Virus record (IMG/VR): IMGVR_UViG_2905444465_000001
Coordinates: 25,723-89,722 of that record
DNA length: 64,000 nucleotides
Source: a virus
Lineage: Duplodnaviria > Caudoviricetes
Reading direction: 5' to 3' (one strand)
Shown here: one piece after another, positions 39,418 through 49,150 of the stretch
Position numbering within the stretch: the first letter of the stretch is position 1
How the letters are laid out: the number at the start of each line of letters is the position of its first letter
Notes under the pieces: model-generated
Database searches by the model: none
What the model was told of the DNA's origin: nothing
Seen by the model: only the letters and a program-made list of their open reading frames with translations
Made by a program: the position numbers and the translations under genes

Positions 39418-41337
39418 TTAAGCTAACTTGTGGAACATATGCCGAACCTTATCTATACGGCTATTCGGGCGGCGGGGTTGGCAAATAAATTTACCAATAG
39501 CTGGCTGGTATCCTTTTAACTCTGTCAAGCAGACTCCCTGCCCATTTGTGAAATAAGTTAAATCGTTCCTGTATTCTTGAATACATCTAGCAGGGATTTC
39601 TCCTTTCAGAATGACCTCGTCATTCTTTATCTGAGTACTTACAATATCTGCACAATACCTTGGAGCATCATGATACGCCCGTGAGAGATATTCCTGCGGT
39701 GCATAAATTTCAAAGTGGAGATATGGCTCTAATAGTTCTGTCCCTGCTTTTTTTAAAGCCTGCTCCAATACGATAGGGGAAAGCAGCCGAAAGTCTGCGG
39801 GGGTACTTACAGGACTATAATACAATCCATATTCAAAACAGATTTTACAGTCTGTCACTTTCCATCCATACAGCCCCTGCTCGCAGCCATAAAGAACCCC
39901 CTCCATAACCGCATTTTGGAACGATTGATTTAAATATCCAAGTGAAACTCTGCTTTCATACTGCACTCCGCTTCCAATAGGGAGCGGCTCTATGGACAAC
40001 CCGACAGAAGCCCAGAAAGGATTTGGCGGGACTTCTATGTGGATGGTATATTCTGCTTTTCTAAGCGGTCTTTCCATATATATAACAGTAGGCTCTTTTA
40101 TTTCTGCCTCCACATGATATTTTTCCTCAAGGATGGCACAAATGACTTCCATCTGCACATTCCCCAAAAAAGAAAGTATAATCTCATGCGTTGTAGTATC
40201 CACATAATATTTTAAAAGAGGGTCGCCATCTGAAATTTCTGTAAGTGCCCCAAGCAATATTTCCCGCTGTTCAGGTTTCTTTACTGCAATCGTTGTTTGG
40301 AGCATAGGGAGAGGATTTTCAATAAATTTTCTCTGCGGCAACAGCATTTCGTTCCCCAAAATACTGTTTAGCTGCAAAACATCATTTGGTAAAATTACAA
40401 TATCACCAGAGCAGGCTGTATCGGATGGATATAATTCACCGTTTGTCGGAACACACATCTCTGTGATTTTTATTTTCTCTTTTTCAGATATTCTAATAAC
40501 ATCCCTCAAATGCAATGTTCCGCTATATATACGCACATAAACAAAACGCCGCCTTTTCTCTGAATATTCAATCTTAAAAACCTGCCCGCATAATTCAGAT
40601 TGACCTTCAGGCGTTGATGAATAAAATTTACTGGCAATCACTTCTATAAGCTGCCGAATCCCCAGATTGTTTTTAGCGCTTCCGTGATAAACGGGAAATA
40701 ACGTTCCGTTTTGGAATCTCCTGTTTTCTTCCTGTTCCAGTTCTGACATTTTAAACGGTTTCCCTGACATATATTTCTCTAATAGTTCATCGTTTCCCAT
40801 AATTACCGCATCCCACTGTTCCATATCGTCATTGTCCGTTACATTTATATGGGGATGCTGCCCAACCTTTTGCTTCACTATAATTTCCGAAGAAAGCTTT
40901 GCTTTCATTTCCCGATATACCATTGGCAAATCAATCCCCTCTTGGTCAATTTTATTGATGAAAAAGATTGTCGGAATCTTCATTGTCTGTAGTGCATGAA
41001 ACAGTATACGGGTCTGTGCCTGTATGCCATCCTTTGCAGAAACTAATAATACTGCTCCGTCTAAAACGGATAAAGAACGGTATACTTCCGCCAAAAAATC
41101 CATATGGCCTGGCGTATCTATAATGTTGACTTTTACATCCTCCCACTGAAAAGATGTCACTGCTGTCTGGATAGTGATTCCCCTTTGACGCTCCAAATTC
41201 ATTGTATCTGTCCTTGTTGTGCCTTCATCTACGCTCCCTAGTTCTGCAATTGCACCACTGGTATACAATAAACTTTCCGTTAATGTTGTCTTTCCTGCGT
41301 CAACGTGAGCCAGAATGCCTAAGTTAATTATTTTCAT
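39418..41337 (-). CDS. tet(O): Ribosomal protection protein Tet(O)
   Basis: 639 aa, [39 protein letters not shown] loop, ends RHMFHKLA. Confidence 0.95.
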   Translation of the reverse strand: MKIINLGILAHVDAGKTTLTESLLYTSGAIAELGSVDEGTTRTDTMNLERQRGITIQTAVTSFQWEDVKVNIIDTPGHMDFLAEVYRSLSVLDGAVLLVSAKDGIQAQTRILFHALQTMKIPTIFFINKIDQEGIDLPMVYREMKAKLSSEIIVKQKVGQHPHINVTDNDDMEQWDAVIMGNDELLEKYMSGKPFKMSELEQEENRRFQNGTLFPVYHGSAKNNLGIRQLIEVIASKFYSSTPEGQSELCGQVFKIEYSEKRRRFVYVRIYSGTLHLRDVIRISEKEKIKITEMCVPTNGELYPSDTACSGDIVILPNDVLQLNSILGNEMLLPQRKFIENPLPMLQTTIAVKKPEQREILLGALTEISDGDPLLKYYVDTTTHEIILSFLGNVQMEVICAILEEKYHVEAEIKEPTVIYMERPLRKAEYTIHIEVPPNPFWASVGLSIEPLPIGSGVQYESRVSLGYLNQSFQNAVMEGVLYGCEQGLYGWKVTDCKICFEYGLYYSPVSTPADFRLLSPIVLEQALKKAGTELLEPYLHFEIYAPQEYLSRAYHDAPRYCADIVSTQIKNDEVILKGEIPARCIQEYRNDLTYFTNGQGVCLTELKGYQPAIGKFICQPRRPNSRIDKVRHMFHKLA

Positions 41338-41617
41338 GTGATTTTCCTCCTATCAACACCCAAAAAAGGGCATAAAAATACCCAGTGATAAATACTCCTA
41401 TCACTGGGTAAATAACTCCAATAGCCCCAAAACACTTATATGTTTTCGGGCATATAAAATTACATGATAAAAGTATTCTTAAACTGGGTACAAAAAACTA
41501 AGCCCCATATTAAAAGTGAAACGAGACTGCTACTTTTTGTTCCCACTATCAAATTGACAGTTTATTTAAGAATACCTTGCCGCATATTTATTAACTCCTT
41601 GTATAATACTGAATCTA

Positions 41618-41646
41618 ATTATATTCCTTAACCCTTTATTTGTCAA
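41618..41646 (-). promoter_or_regulatory. Consensus sigma-A promoter upstream of tet(O)
   Basis: TTGACA-AATAAAGGGTTAAGGAA (17 bp)-TATAAT. Confidence 0.85.
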
Positions 41647-41703
41647 GCTGACAAACTAAAGCAGAAAAAGCGGCAGGATTTCCCCCTGCCACTAATCATC
41701 TGT

Positions 41704-42078
41704 TTATGCAAAAATAATTTCCTTTTCCACAATCTCCCTCGCACAAGCCCTTATGTTATTGAGGCATCCTGTCCATTCTAAGGCGTTTTCTGCCTTTAGC
41801 TGTTCCGTTATGCCCTGTGCCTGTTTCATACCCTCTATGAGCCTTTCAAAGCGTTCCTGTGCCTGTCTGTTGATGTCGGCAAGGTAGGCGTTTAGCCTGC
41901 CGCTTGTAAGAAGATTGGTGTATGTAACTTTACGGTACTGTTTTAGATAATCTAAATGCCGTTGCCCCCAGATGCCTATTGCCTGTTCTTCTTCGGCGGG
42001 TACAGTTAAGCACGGTATCAAATAATCCCCTTGCCTTTCGTATTTGCCGCCCAGTTCCTCAAATAATGATTTTGCCAT
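41704..42078 (-). CDS. tnpV: TnpV family protein
   Basis: YERQGDYLIPCL, TNLLTSGRLN, QGITEQLK, NNIRACAREIV. Confidence 0.85.
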   Translation of the reverse strand: MAKSLFEELGGKYERQGDYLIPCLTVPAEEEQAIGIWGQRHLDYLKQYRKVTYTNLLTSGRLNAYLADINRQAQERFERLIEGMKQAQGITEQLKAENALEWTGCLNNIRACAREIVEKEIIFA

Positions 42079-42134
42079 TGTCTGTTACCTCCACATTCTT
42101 TTTTATTTTGAATGTCCGCAAAATCCGTCCTACA

Positions 42135-42806
42135 TCGGAAGGACGCCACGGACAATCAAGGTTATGGATTGCTATGAGCCTGTCCTGCACATTCGTACCT
42201 GCTCCCATCTTAGGAGTAGAGCCGAACAGCACACGGACTTCGCCGCTTCTGACCTTGCCGAACAACTCTTTTTTCTGTGCATCGGTGGTCGCTTCGTGAA
42301 TAAAGCATATCTGCTCCGCAGGGATACCACGGGCTATCAGTTTCTCCCTCATATCGTCATAGACATTGAAAGTACCGTCATTTTTCGGGGTGGACAGGTC
42401 GCAGAACACAAGCTGTGTCGCTTTGGTATCGGCGTGTTCCTCCCAGATACGGTACACATTATCCACGCAGGCATTGACTTTACTGTCTGGGTCATCTGGC
42501 AGCATCGGGTCAATCATTCTCTGGTCAAGAGCCAGTTTCCGTCCGTCATTGGTTATCTTGAGCATATTGTCGATGTTTGGCTCGACAAGCCTTGCCCTGA
42601 CTTTCTCAGCCCGCTTCGCAAGGGAAGCTACCATCTCAGTCTGCATCTCGCTCGGCTTGGTCTTAATATTGTGGTAATTGACTTTTGGCACGGGGAGCTT
42701 TAGCATATCGGCGGTCTGAATATCCGCCACCTCACGGAACATCTGCATCAGCTCTGGCAGGTTATAGAACTTGGCAAACCTCGTCTTGGCTCGGTAATTC
42801 GTGCCT
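42135..42806 (-). pseudogene. Middle fragment of the interrupted methylase/SNF2 helicase gene
   Basis: (E)GTNYRAKTRFAKFYNLPELMQMFREVAD...MGAGTNVQDRL...DCPWRPSD between the two inserted elements. Confidence 0.9.
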
Positions 42807-42821
42807 TCGGGAACGAATTTG

Positions 42822-43010
42822 TCAAGATGATTTCTTTAATTTTTCTAAACTTAACAAACCGGCTGAAAAGAAATCTTCCTGAACCTCGTGTCTGCATATA
42901 TCCTTAAATACCTTTTCTATCGGCTTTTTGGCGGTTTCCGACTGCTTTACGCACACAATAAAAGTGGTCTTTCCAATTTGCACCGAATAACTTGAATTTT
43001 TGTTTTCCAT
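42822..43010 (-). CDS. tnpW: TnpW
   Basis: 62 aa, IGKTTFIVCVKQSETAK, last gene of the element. Confidence 0.8.
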   Translation of the reverse strand: MENKNSSYSVQIGKTTFIVCVKQSETAKKPIEKVFKDICRHEVQEDFFSAGLLSLEKLKKSS

Positions 43011-43135
43011 ATCGTTTCACTTCCTTTCCTTTCAAAAAATATGGGACACTCGTTTGCCAAGTGTCCCGATTACTGCCCGAAAATACATTCCCAACAGTCC
43101 AAGAAGTCATTAAGTCGGGAGTGTAGTCGAAGTGA

Positions 43136-44401
43136 TTATCTTTCCATATTACGCTTATTTCTTCGTGCCTTGATACGCTCTTGTCTTTCTTTTTCCCTTG
43201 CTTCTTTTTCGGCTCGTTGTTGTTCTTCCTTAAAAGAAAAAAGTTGCCTTGCTTTTTCGGTGAAAAGTTTGGCAACTTCGGGGAAGTGTTCCAATGCTTC
43301 AAGAAACGGTTTGCATTTTTCTTTCAGCTCGTTGTATTTGGTTTTCATTCTTTCAAGTGCGTTTGCACTGTCAAAATACTTCTGCCTGTAATAATTTGCA
43401 TTTTGCTCTAATGACTTGATTTCGGCACGACTTGTAATGCCCTCTTTGGCAAGTGCAGTCAGTTGTGAGTAGTCCTCTTTGGATATTGCCATCTTGCCTG
43501 TAAAGGTTTTCTGTCCCATACCGTCAATCTCGTTTAAGGTCTTTGAGATATGACGGGCAGGCTCATATTTCACTTGTTCTTTCTGAATACGCTGTTGCAG
43601 TTTCTCCAAGCGTTCCTTGTCCTGCTTGATTTGATATTGCAGAGAGGTCAAGTGTTCTGCTGTACTTCCGTATTCGCCACGCTGAAACCCCTTAAATCCC
43701 TGCTCGGTCATATAATTGAACAATTCATCTTGAAGTATGCTGTATGAGGCTCTGAACATCGGCTTTCCGTTCTTTCGCAATAACGGATTACCTTTCTCAT
43801 CGGTTAGCGGAATATCCGATTTCCATTTCTTTGAATGGCTAATCTGATTGACTACTTCCTTAACCGTTCCTCGCAGTTTTTCATCTTTGCAACGCTTACT
43901 CCATAAGATTTCTTTTTCGACTACGGGCAATACCATAGCGTGCAGATGATAATGGTAAACCTCTTTTCCGAGTTCCTCGGTAGCAGCTACATTGATTTCG
44001 TCAGCGTGCATTACTGCCGATATAACATTATCCGCACCGAATTTTTCCTCGATGAAATGATAGGCTTCTTCATAAAACTGCTTTGCATACTCATAACCAC
44101 CGTTACGCTCGAAGTACATCGTATTCACATCAATCACAATCTCGTTAAAGAGTGTAGCGTCTTTTCTCAACCCACGGAGCGACACCAGCCCGTTGGTTTC
44201 CATCTGCTTCAACTGTTCCATATAGGTCGGAGCAAAAGGCTTTTTGAAATGCACATTAAAAGGTATGCGTTCCTCAATGACATTCATATTTTCATAGGTT
44301 TCATTTTTGCGCTCGTTGTGTCTTTCTGCCTTGCTGACATCGGAAGCGGTGTACTTTTTAACCCTTGCACAGCTCATATCCGCTTTGTTGTTTTTCGCCA
44401 T
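43136..44401 (-). CDS. tnpZ: TnpZ Mob/Pre relaxase
   Basis: 421 aa from ATG 44401; ERHNERKN, AVMHADE...YHYHLH. Confidence 0.88.
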   Translation of the reverse strand: MAKNNKADMSCARVKKYTASDVSKAERHNERKNETYENMNVIEERIPFNVHFKKPFAPTYMEQLKQMETNGLVSLRGLRKDATLFNEIVIDVNTMYFERNGGYEYAKQFYEEAYHFIEEKFGADNVISAVMHADEINVAATEELGKEVYHYHLHAMVLPVVEKEILWSKRCKDEKLRGTVKEVVNQISHSKKWKSDIPLTDEKGNPLLRKNGKPMFRASYSILQDELFNYMTEQGFKGFQRGEYGSTAEHLTSLQYQIKQDKERLEKLQQRIQKEQVKYEPARHISKTLNEIDGMGQKTFTGKMAISKEDYSQLTALAKEGITSRAEIKSLEQNANYYRQKYFDSANALERMKTKYNELKEKCKPFLEALEHFPEVAKLFTEKARQLFSFKEEQQRAEKEAREKERQERIKARRNKRNMER

Positions 44402-44444
44402 TTTCGTTCTCCTTTCTCGGCAGGGCGAAGCCATTACACAACAT

Positions 44445-44485
44445 TCTTTGAATGTGTGTAACCCACTATGACACTTTCAGACTTC
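44445..44485 (-). other. RSA/oriT site upstream of tnpZ
   Basis: CTGAAAGTGTCATAGTGGGTTACACAC resembles the pMV158-family AAAGTATAGTGTGTTATAC nick region. Confidence 0.65.
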
Positions 44486-44581
44486 GTCTGCAAAGATGTC
44501 GTGGGCAAGGGTGTTCCCCCTTGACCTCCTTTGATACCTCAATCACAAAAACAGACTGTCCCACCGACAGGCATTCTGTTT

Positions 44582-45604
44582 TTATTCTCTCGGTATATCG
44601 CTCATCGGCAAAGACCAATACCAAAGAAAACCTTTCTTCTTGGAGATAACTCCTGCGTTTTTCTTTGCCTTTTTGATGGTCGATTTCTTGAACCCTGCGG
44701 CTTCAAGTTTTTCTTCACAATCCGAAGAAAGCATTTCTCCGCCCTGCAACATTTCAATGAGAAATGATTTTGCTTTCATCTCTTTTTCATTCGGTCTGCC
44801 TATTTGTGGGGCAAGAGATAAAAACGCTTCTTCGGCTGTCATTTCCATTTCGGAAATGAAGTTCACACCTTTCTCGGCAACCTCAAAAAGAATTGCCGAA
44901 CCTGTCGGAGCAAGATTTGATTTCACTTGCACCAAATATCTTTCCGCAGGTGCTTCCTTGTTCGGTGTGCGTGTGATTGCAAGAATGCTTCTTGCAGCAC
45001 CCGCAATGTCAATCGAGCCGTTGGTGCGGTAGAGTGGATTATTATCTTTCATCTTGTTCATATGAGCGATAATGACAATCGCACAACCCGTATCTTTTGC
45101 AACCGCTATCAGATGGTTAAACTCCGCTCGTGTTTCGTTGGCATTATTCATAGAGCAATTCTCTCCGATATACGAACTCAACGGGTCAAGAATTAGAAGC
45201 TTTGCATTGTACTTTTCAATCGCTTCACGAATGCGGTTATCTCCGAAAGATAAAGTCTTTTCATCTTCCTTGATGAAGATAAGATTTTCTCCGTCTCCGC
45301 CGGCAGAATTGAAGCGGGGTACTACGGTATCGTCTGCGTCATCTTCCGTTGTCTGATAGATGATAGTCATAGGCTCATTTTCTTCCGTTTCGGTAAAGGG
45401 GAGAGGTTCGCCCTTTGAGAGCAGGGCGGCGATGGAAAGCATTAACTTGCTTTTCCCATCGCCCGGATCTCCCTGCAATAGCGTAACTTTACCAAACGGA
45501 ATATACGGATACCATAGCCACTTTACTTCTTTCGGCTCGATTTCACTTGCCTTGATGATTTCAAGAGGTACGCTGAAATTCATTTCGTTTTCATTTAGTT
45601 TCAT
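44582..45604 (-). CDS. tnpY: TnpY AAA ATPase
   Basis: 340 aa from ATG 45604; GDPGDGKS Walker A, LILDPL, IAHMNK, GSIDIAGAARS. Confidence 0.85.
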   Translation of the reverse strand: MKLNENEMNFSVPLEIIKASEIEPKEVKWLWYPYIPFGKVTLLQGDPGDGKSKLMLSIAALLSKGEPLPFTETEENEPMTIIYQTTEDDADDTVVPRFNSAGGDGENLIFIKEDEKTLSFGDNRIREAIEKYNAKLLILDPLSSYIGENCSMNNANETRAEFNHLIAVAKDTGCAIVIIAHMNKMKDNNPLYRTNGSIDIAGAARSILAITRTPNKEAPAERYLVQVKSNLAPTGSAILFEVAEKGVNFISEMEMTAEEAFLSLAPQIGRPNEKEMKAKSFLIEMLQGGEMLSSDCEEKLEAAGFKKSTIKKAKKNAGVISKKKGFLWYWSLPMSDIPRE

Positions 45605-45852
45605 TTTTTCTTGTTCTCCTTTTCTCTGAAAATATAAAAACCACAGATTGATACTAAAACCTTGGTTGTGTTGCTTTTCGGGGATTAAATCAAGGAAAAA
45701 TCCTTGTTTTAAGCCTTTCAAAAAGAAACACAAGGTCTTTGTACTAACCTGTGGTTATGTATAAAATTGTAGATTTTAGGGTAACAAAAAACACCGTATT
45801 TCTACGATGTTTTTGCTTAAATACTTGTTTTTAGTTACAGACAAACCTGAAG

Positions 45853-46476
45853 TTAACTATTTATCAATTCCTGCAATTCGTTTACAAAACGGCAAATGTG
45901 AAATCCGTCACATACTGCGTGATGAACTTGAATTGCCAAAGGAAGTATAATTTTGTTATCTTCTTTATAATATTTCCCCATAGTAAAAATAGGAATCAAA
46001 TAATCATATCCTTTCTGCAAATTCAGATTAAAGCCATCGAAGGTTGACCACGGTATCATAGATACATTAAAAATGTTTTCCGGAGCATTTGGCTTTCCTT
46101 CCATTCTATGATTGTTTCCATACCGTTGCGTATCACTTTCATAATCTGCTAAAAATGATTTAAAGTCAGACTTACACTCAGTCCAAAGGCTGGAAAATGT
46201 TTCAGTATCATTGTGAAATATTGTATAGCTTGGTATCATCTCATCATATATCCCCAATTCACCATCTTGATTGATTGCCGTCCTAAACTCTGAATGGCGG
46301 TTTACAATCATTGCAATATAATAAAGCATTGCAGGATATAGTTTCATTCCCTTTTCCTTTATTTGTGTGATATCCACTTTAACGGTCATGCTGTATGTAC
46401 AAGGTACACTTGCAAAGTAGTGGTCAAAATACTCTTTTCTGTTCCAACTATTTTTATCAATTTTTTCAAATACCAT
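45853..46476 (-). CDS. catP: Type A chloramphenicol acetyltransferase CatP/CatD
   Basis: 207 aa MVFEKIDKNSWNRKEYFDHY..., catalytic QVHHAVCDGFH. Confidence 0.93.
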   Translation of the reverse strand: MVFEKIDKNSWNRKEYFDHYFASVPCTYSMTVKVDITQIKEKGMKLYPAMLYYIAMIVNRHSEFRTAINQDGELGIYDEMIPSYTIFHNDTETFSSLWTECKSDFKSFLADYESDTQRYGNNHRMEGKPNAPENIFNVSMIPWSTFDGFNLNLQKGYDYLIPIFTMGKYYKEDNKIILPLAIQVHHAVCDGFHICRFVNELQELINS

Positions 46477-46523
46477 CTAAGTTCCCTCTCAAATTCAAGT
46501 TTATCGCTCTAATGAACAAAGAT

Positions 46524-46553
46524 ATTATACCACATTTTTGTGAATTTTTCAAC
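46524..46553 (-). promoter_or_regulatory. catP promoter
   Basis: TTGAAA-17 bp-TATAAT. Confidence 0.8.
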
Positions 46554-46657
46554 TTGCCCACTTCGACTGCACTCCCGACTTAATAACTTCTTGAACACTT
46601 GCCGAAAAAGAAAAACTGCCATCACTTGACAGCAGTTCTCTTTCGGATAGTATTCCG

Positions 46658-47029
46658 TTATGAATACACAATATCGTTTAATACGATTTCATCTACGCAA
46701 GCTCTGATATTGTTCATCAATCCTATCCATCTCATCATATCCACAGCCTTTAATTGCTCGGTAACGCCTTGCTTTCTTGCCATTTCCTTTATGAGATATT
46801 CAGCCATATCACAAGCCGAAGTGTCAATCTCGGCAAGGTGTTCATATAACTTTCCACTTGTCATCAGAGTGTAATATAAAACTCGCTTGTGTTCTTTCAA
46901 ATATCGCTCTCGCATTCTTCCGTACCTTGAAAGCAAAGGTTTTTCTTCTGCGGTTAAGCAGGGGTAGTAATAGTCCCCGATAAGTTCATATCGGATACCC
47001 GTTCTTTCGTCTGTGATAAATCTTTGCAT
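46658..47029 (-). CDS. tnpV: TnpV (overlaps tnpX 3' end by 76 nt)
   Basis: GDYYYPCLT, LMTSGKL, QGVTEQLK, WIGLMNNIR. Confidence 0.88.
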   Translation of the reverse strand: MQRFITDERTGIRYELIGDYYYPCLTAEEKPLLSRYGRMRERYLKEHKRVLYYTLMTSGKLYEHLAEIDTSACDMAEYLIKEMARKQGVTEQLKAVDMMRWIGLMNNIRACVDEIVLNDIVYS

Positions 47030-49077
47030 TGCGACTTCTCCTTTTCTCTTTTATGGTGGTAAAACTCCAAGGTTTTCTTATTGTGATTTACCCTTTGGCA
47101 TTCTTCGGAGCAGAATTTCTGTTGGCTGTGTGTAGGCCAATAGGAATTGCCGCACACAGCACATACACGCTGTCGGTAATAGTGATTTCCTCGTTCTGCT
47201 TCTCGGTCTGTTTTCTTTTTGTCTTGCCTTGCTTGATAGCAGCACTCTTTGGAACAGAACACCTGTCGGTTGCTTGTCGGGATAAACTCTTTGTTGCAAT
47301 GAGGGCAAACCTTTGTCTTAACGATTTCGCCACCGTTTTCAGCGATTTTCTGTGCCTTTCGCTTTTCTCGGTAGGCTTTTTCACGCTTGCGCTGTCTTGC
47401 CAAGCGTTGCTGTTCCTCCTGCTCTTTCTGTGTTTCTATCTCGGCAAGTTCTTCTTCGGTATAGGCAATATCCACTTGACCGACATAGTTAAAATAAATA
47501 TCGACCTTTTGTGTTCGTGCTTTTCCCACACCCTCTGCTTCATAAACCACTATCTTATCAACAAGTTCATTAAACATTGTATCGGAGATTTCCGTAGGAT
47601 TTTTACACTTGCGTATCAGCGAAATGAAATGCTTAATATCAACGGAACTTACTTTTTCTTCGGCAAGTTCTGTTTTCATCGTTTCCATTTTCGTTTCCAA
47701 CTCTGCCTGCTCGTCATCATACTGTTTCATCAGTTGCTTATACTGTCTTTCGGGCAGTAATCCCGACATAAGATTTTCATACAAGCCACGAACAAGGGTA
47801 GAGAGTTCGTCATAGCGTTTCTGACAGCGTTGCAGTTCCGATTGATTGTGTTTCGGCTTTTCCTCCTGTTTTTCATTCCAAAGAGATTGCAGTTCCAAAG
47901 CAAATGCTTGTTCATCATTCAGAACAAACCTTGAAAAGCGTTTGACAGATGATAATATCAAGGCTTCAACATTATCGGTACTAATCGAATGACTGGTACA
48001 ACTGTTCACTCTGCTTGCATACCCACCGCAACGGTAAGAATACTGCACAGAACCGTCTTTTTTGCTGTAATGTGTCTGCAAAGTCATTCTTCTTCCGCAA
48101 TCGGCACAGTACAAATATCCGCTTAAACGGTTGCTGTGCGTTCCCCAAGCCGAGGCACGATTTACTCTGCTTCTGCGTTTTTGAACGCTGTCCCAAAGTT
48201 CCTGCGATATGATAGGCTCGTGTGTATTCGGAAATACATACTGTTCTTTTTCGTCTGTGCTTTTTCTCTTGTGAAGTTTGAAATTTGTGCTTACCGACTT
48301 TCGCAAAACGGTGTGACCGAGATATTCCTGCCTGTCTAAAATATTTCTTATCGTTGACATTGCCCAAAGATAAGGGTTTGTGAACTTGTTGCCGTTGTAC
48401 TGTTCGGGGTGGTATTCCTTTGCGTATGCCGCAGGGGTTAAAACTTTTTCTTCGGTCAGTATTTCTGCGATTGCCCTTGTACTTTTGCCATCATTGGCAA
48501 GAGTAAAGATACGCTTTACCACTTCCGAAGCCACAGGGTCAACCACAAGCGTTTGTTTGTCGCTCGGCAGTCGGTTATACCCATAAGGGATAGAACCGCT
48601 ACAACGCTTTCCGTCTTTCATACGGGCATCGAATATAGCCTTGATTTTGTTGCTCGTGTCTTTGGCATACCATTCATTCATAATATTCAAAAACGGAGCA
48701 AAGTCATTATCCGAAGCGTTGTTACTGTCAATACTGTTGTTAATTGCAAGGAAACGGACATTTTTCTGTGGAAACAGAACTTCCGTATAGAACCCGACTT
48801 GCAGATAATTTCGCCCTAATCGGCTCATATCCTTAACAATCAAGGTTTCTACATTTCCTGCTTCAACTTCTTTTATCAGAGATTGAAAACCGGGGCGATT
48901 GAAATTCACACCCGAAAATCCGTCATCGGTAAAATGGCGGATATTTTCAAAGCCATTCCTACGGGCATAGTCTTCGAGGTATTTCTTTTGATTGGTAATA
49001 GAATTACTCTCGCCGGTAAGGTCATCATCTCTCGACAAACGCTCGTAAAGTGCTGTAATTCTTGAAGTCCTTGACAT
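46954..49077 (-). CDS. tnpX: TnpX large serine recombinase
   Basis: 707 aa, LYERLSRDD, VKDMSRLGRN, YCADCG. Confidence 0.93.
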   Translation of the reverse strand: MSRTSRITALYERLSRDDDLTGESNSITNQKKYLEDYARRNGFENIRHFTDDGFSGVNFNRPGFQSLIKEVEAGNVETLIVKDMSRLGRNYLQVGFYTEVLFPQKNVRFLAINNSIDSNNASDNDFAPFLNIMNEWYAKDTSNKIKAIFDARMKDGKRCSGSIPYGYNRLPSDKQTLVVDPVASEVVKRIFTLANDGKSTRAIAEILTEEKVLTPAAYAKEYHPEQYNGNKFTNPYLWAMSTIRNILDRQEYLGHTVLRKSVSTNFKLHKRKSTDEKEQYVFPNTHEPIISQELWDSVQKRRSRVNRASAWGTHSNRLSGYLYCADCGRRMTLQTHYSKKDGSVQYSYRCGGYASRVNSCTSHSISTDNVEALILSSVKRFSRFVLNDEQAFALELQSLWNEKQEEKPKHNQSELQRCQKRYDELSTLVRGLYENLMSGLLPERQYKQLMKQYDDEQAELETKMETMKTELAEEKVSSVDIKHFISLIRKCKNPTEISDTMFNELVDKIVVYEAEGVGKARTQKVDIYFNYVGQVDIAYTEEELAEIETQKEQEEQQRLARQRKREKAYREKRKAQKIAENGGEIVKTKVCPHCNKEFIPTSNRQVFCSKECCYQARQDKKKTDREAERGNHYYRQRVCAVCGNSYWPTHSQQKFCSEECQRVNHNKKTLEFYHHKREKEKSQCKDLSQTKERVSDMNLSGTITTPA

Positions 49078-49150
49078 TCTTTTTACCTCCTTCCTTATGT
49101 ATTTTTCAATTTAGGACAGTTAAATTCATCGTCCTATAAAAGTATATCCC

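Larger units (their letters stand above)
29977..42134 (-). mobile_element. Integrative mobilizable element (12,158 bp) carrying tet(O)-tet(40), inserted in the ICE helicase gene
   Basis: GA at both junctions (29977-29978, 42135-42136); 11-bp inverted repeat TTTTGCGGACA/TGTCCGCAAAA at 29990-30000 and 42113-42123, equidistant from the GA; encodes serine recombinase, MobV, RepA-like AAA, ParB. Confidence 0.9.
42807..49150 (-). mobile_element. Tn4451/Tn4453-like mobilizable transposon (6,344 bp) with catP
   Basis: Gene order tnpX-tnpV-catP-tnpY-tnpZ-tnpW; GA at both junctions (42807-42808, 49151-49152). Confidence 0.93.

Noticed and set aside
39418-41337. Possible mosaic tet(O/32/O) or tet(O/W/32/O) gene, as often found next to tet(40)
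   Set aside because: The central region reads as Tet(O) throughout by eye; a nucleotide alignment would be needed to exclude very short patches
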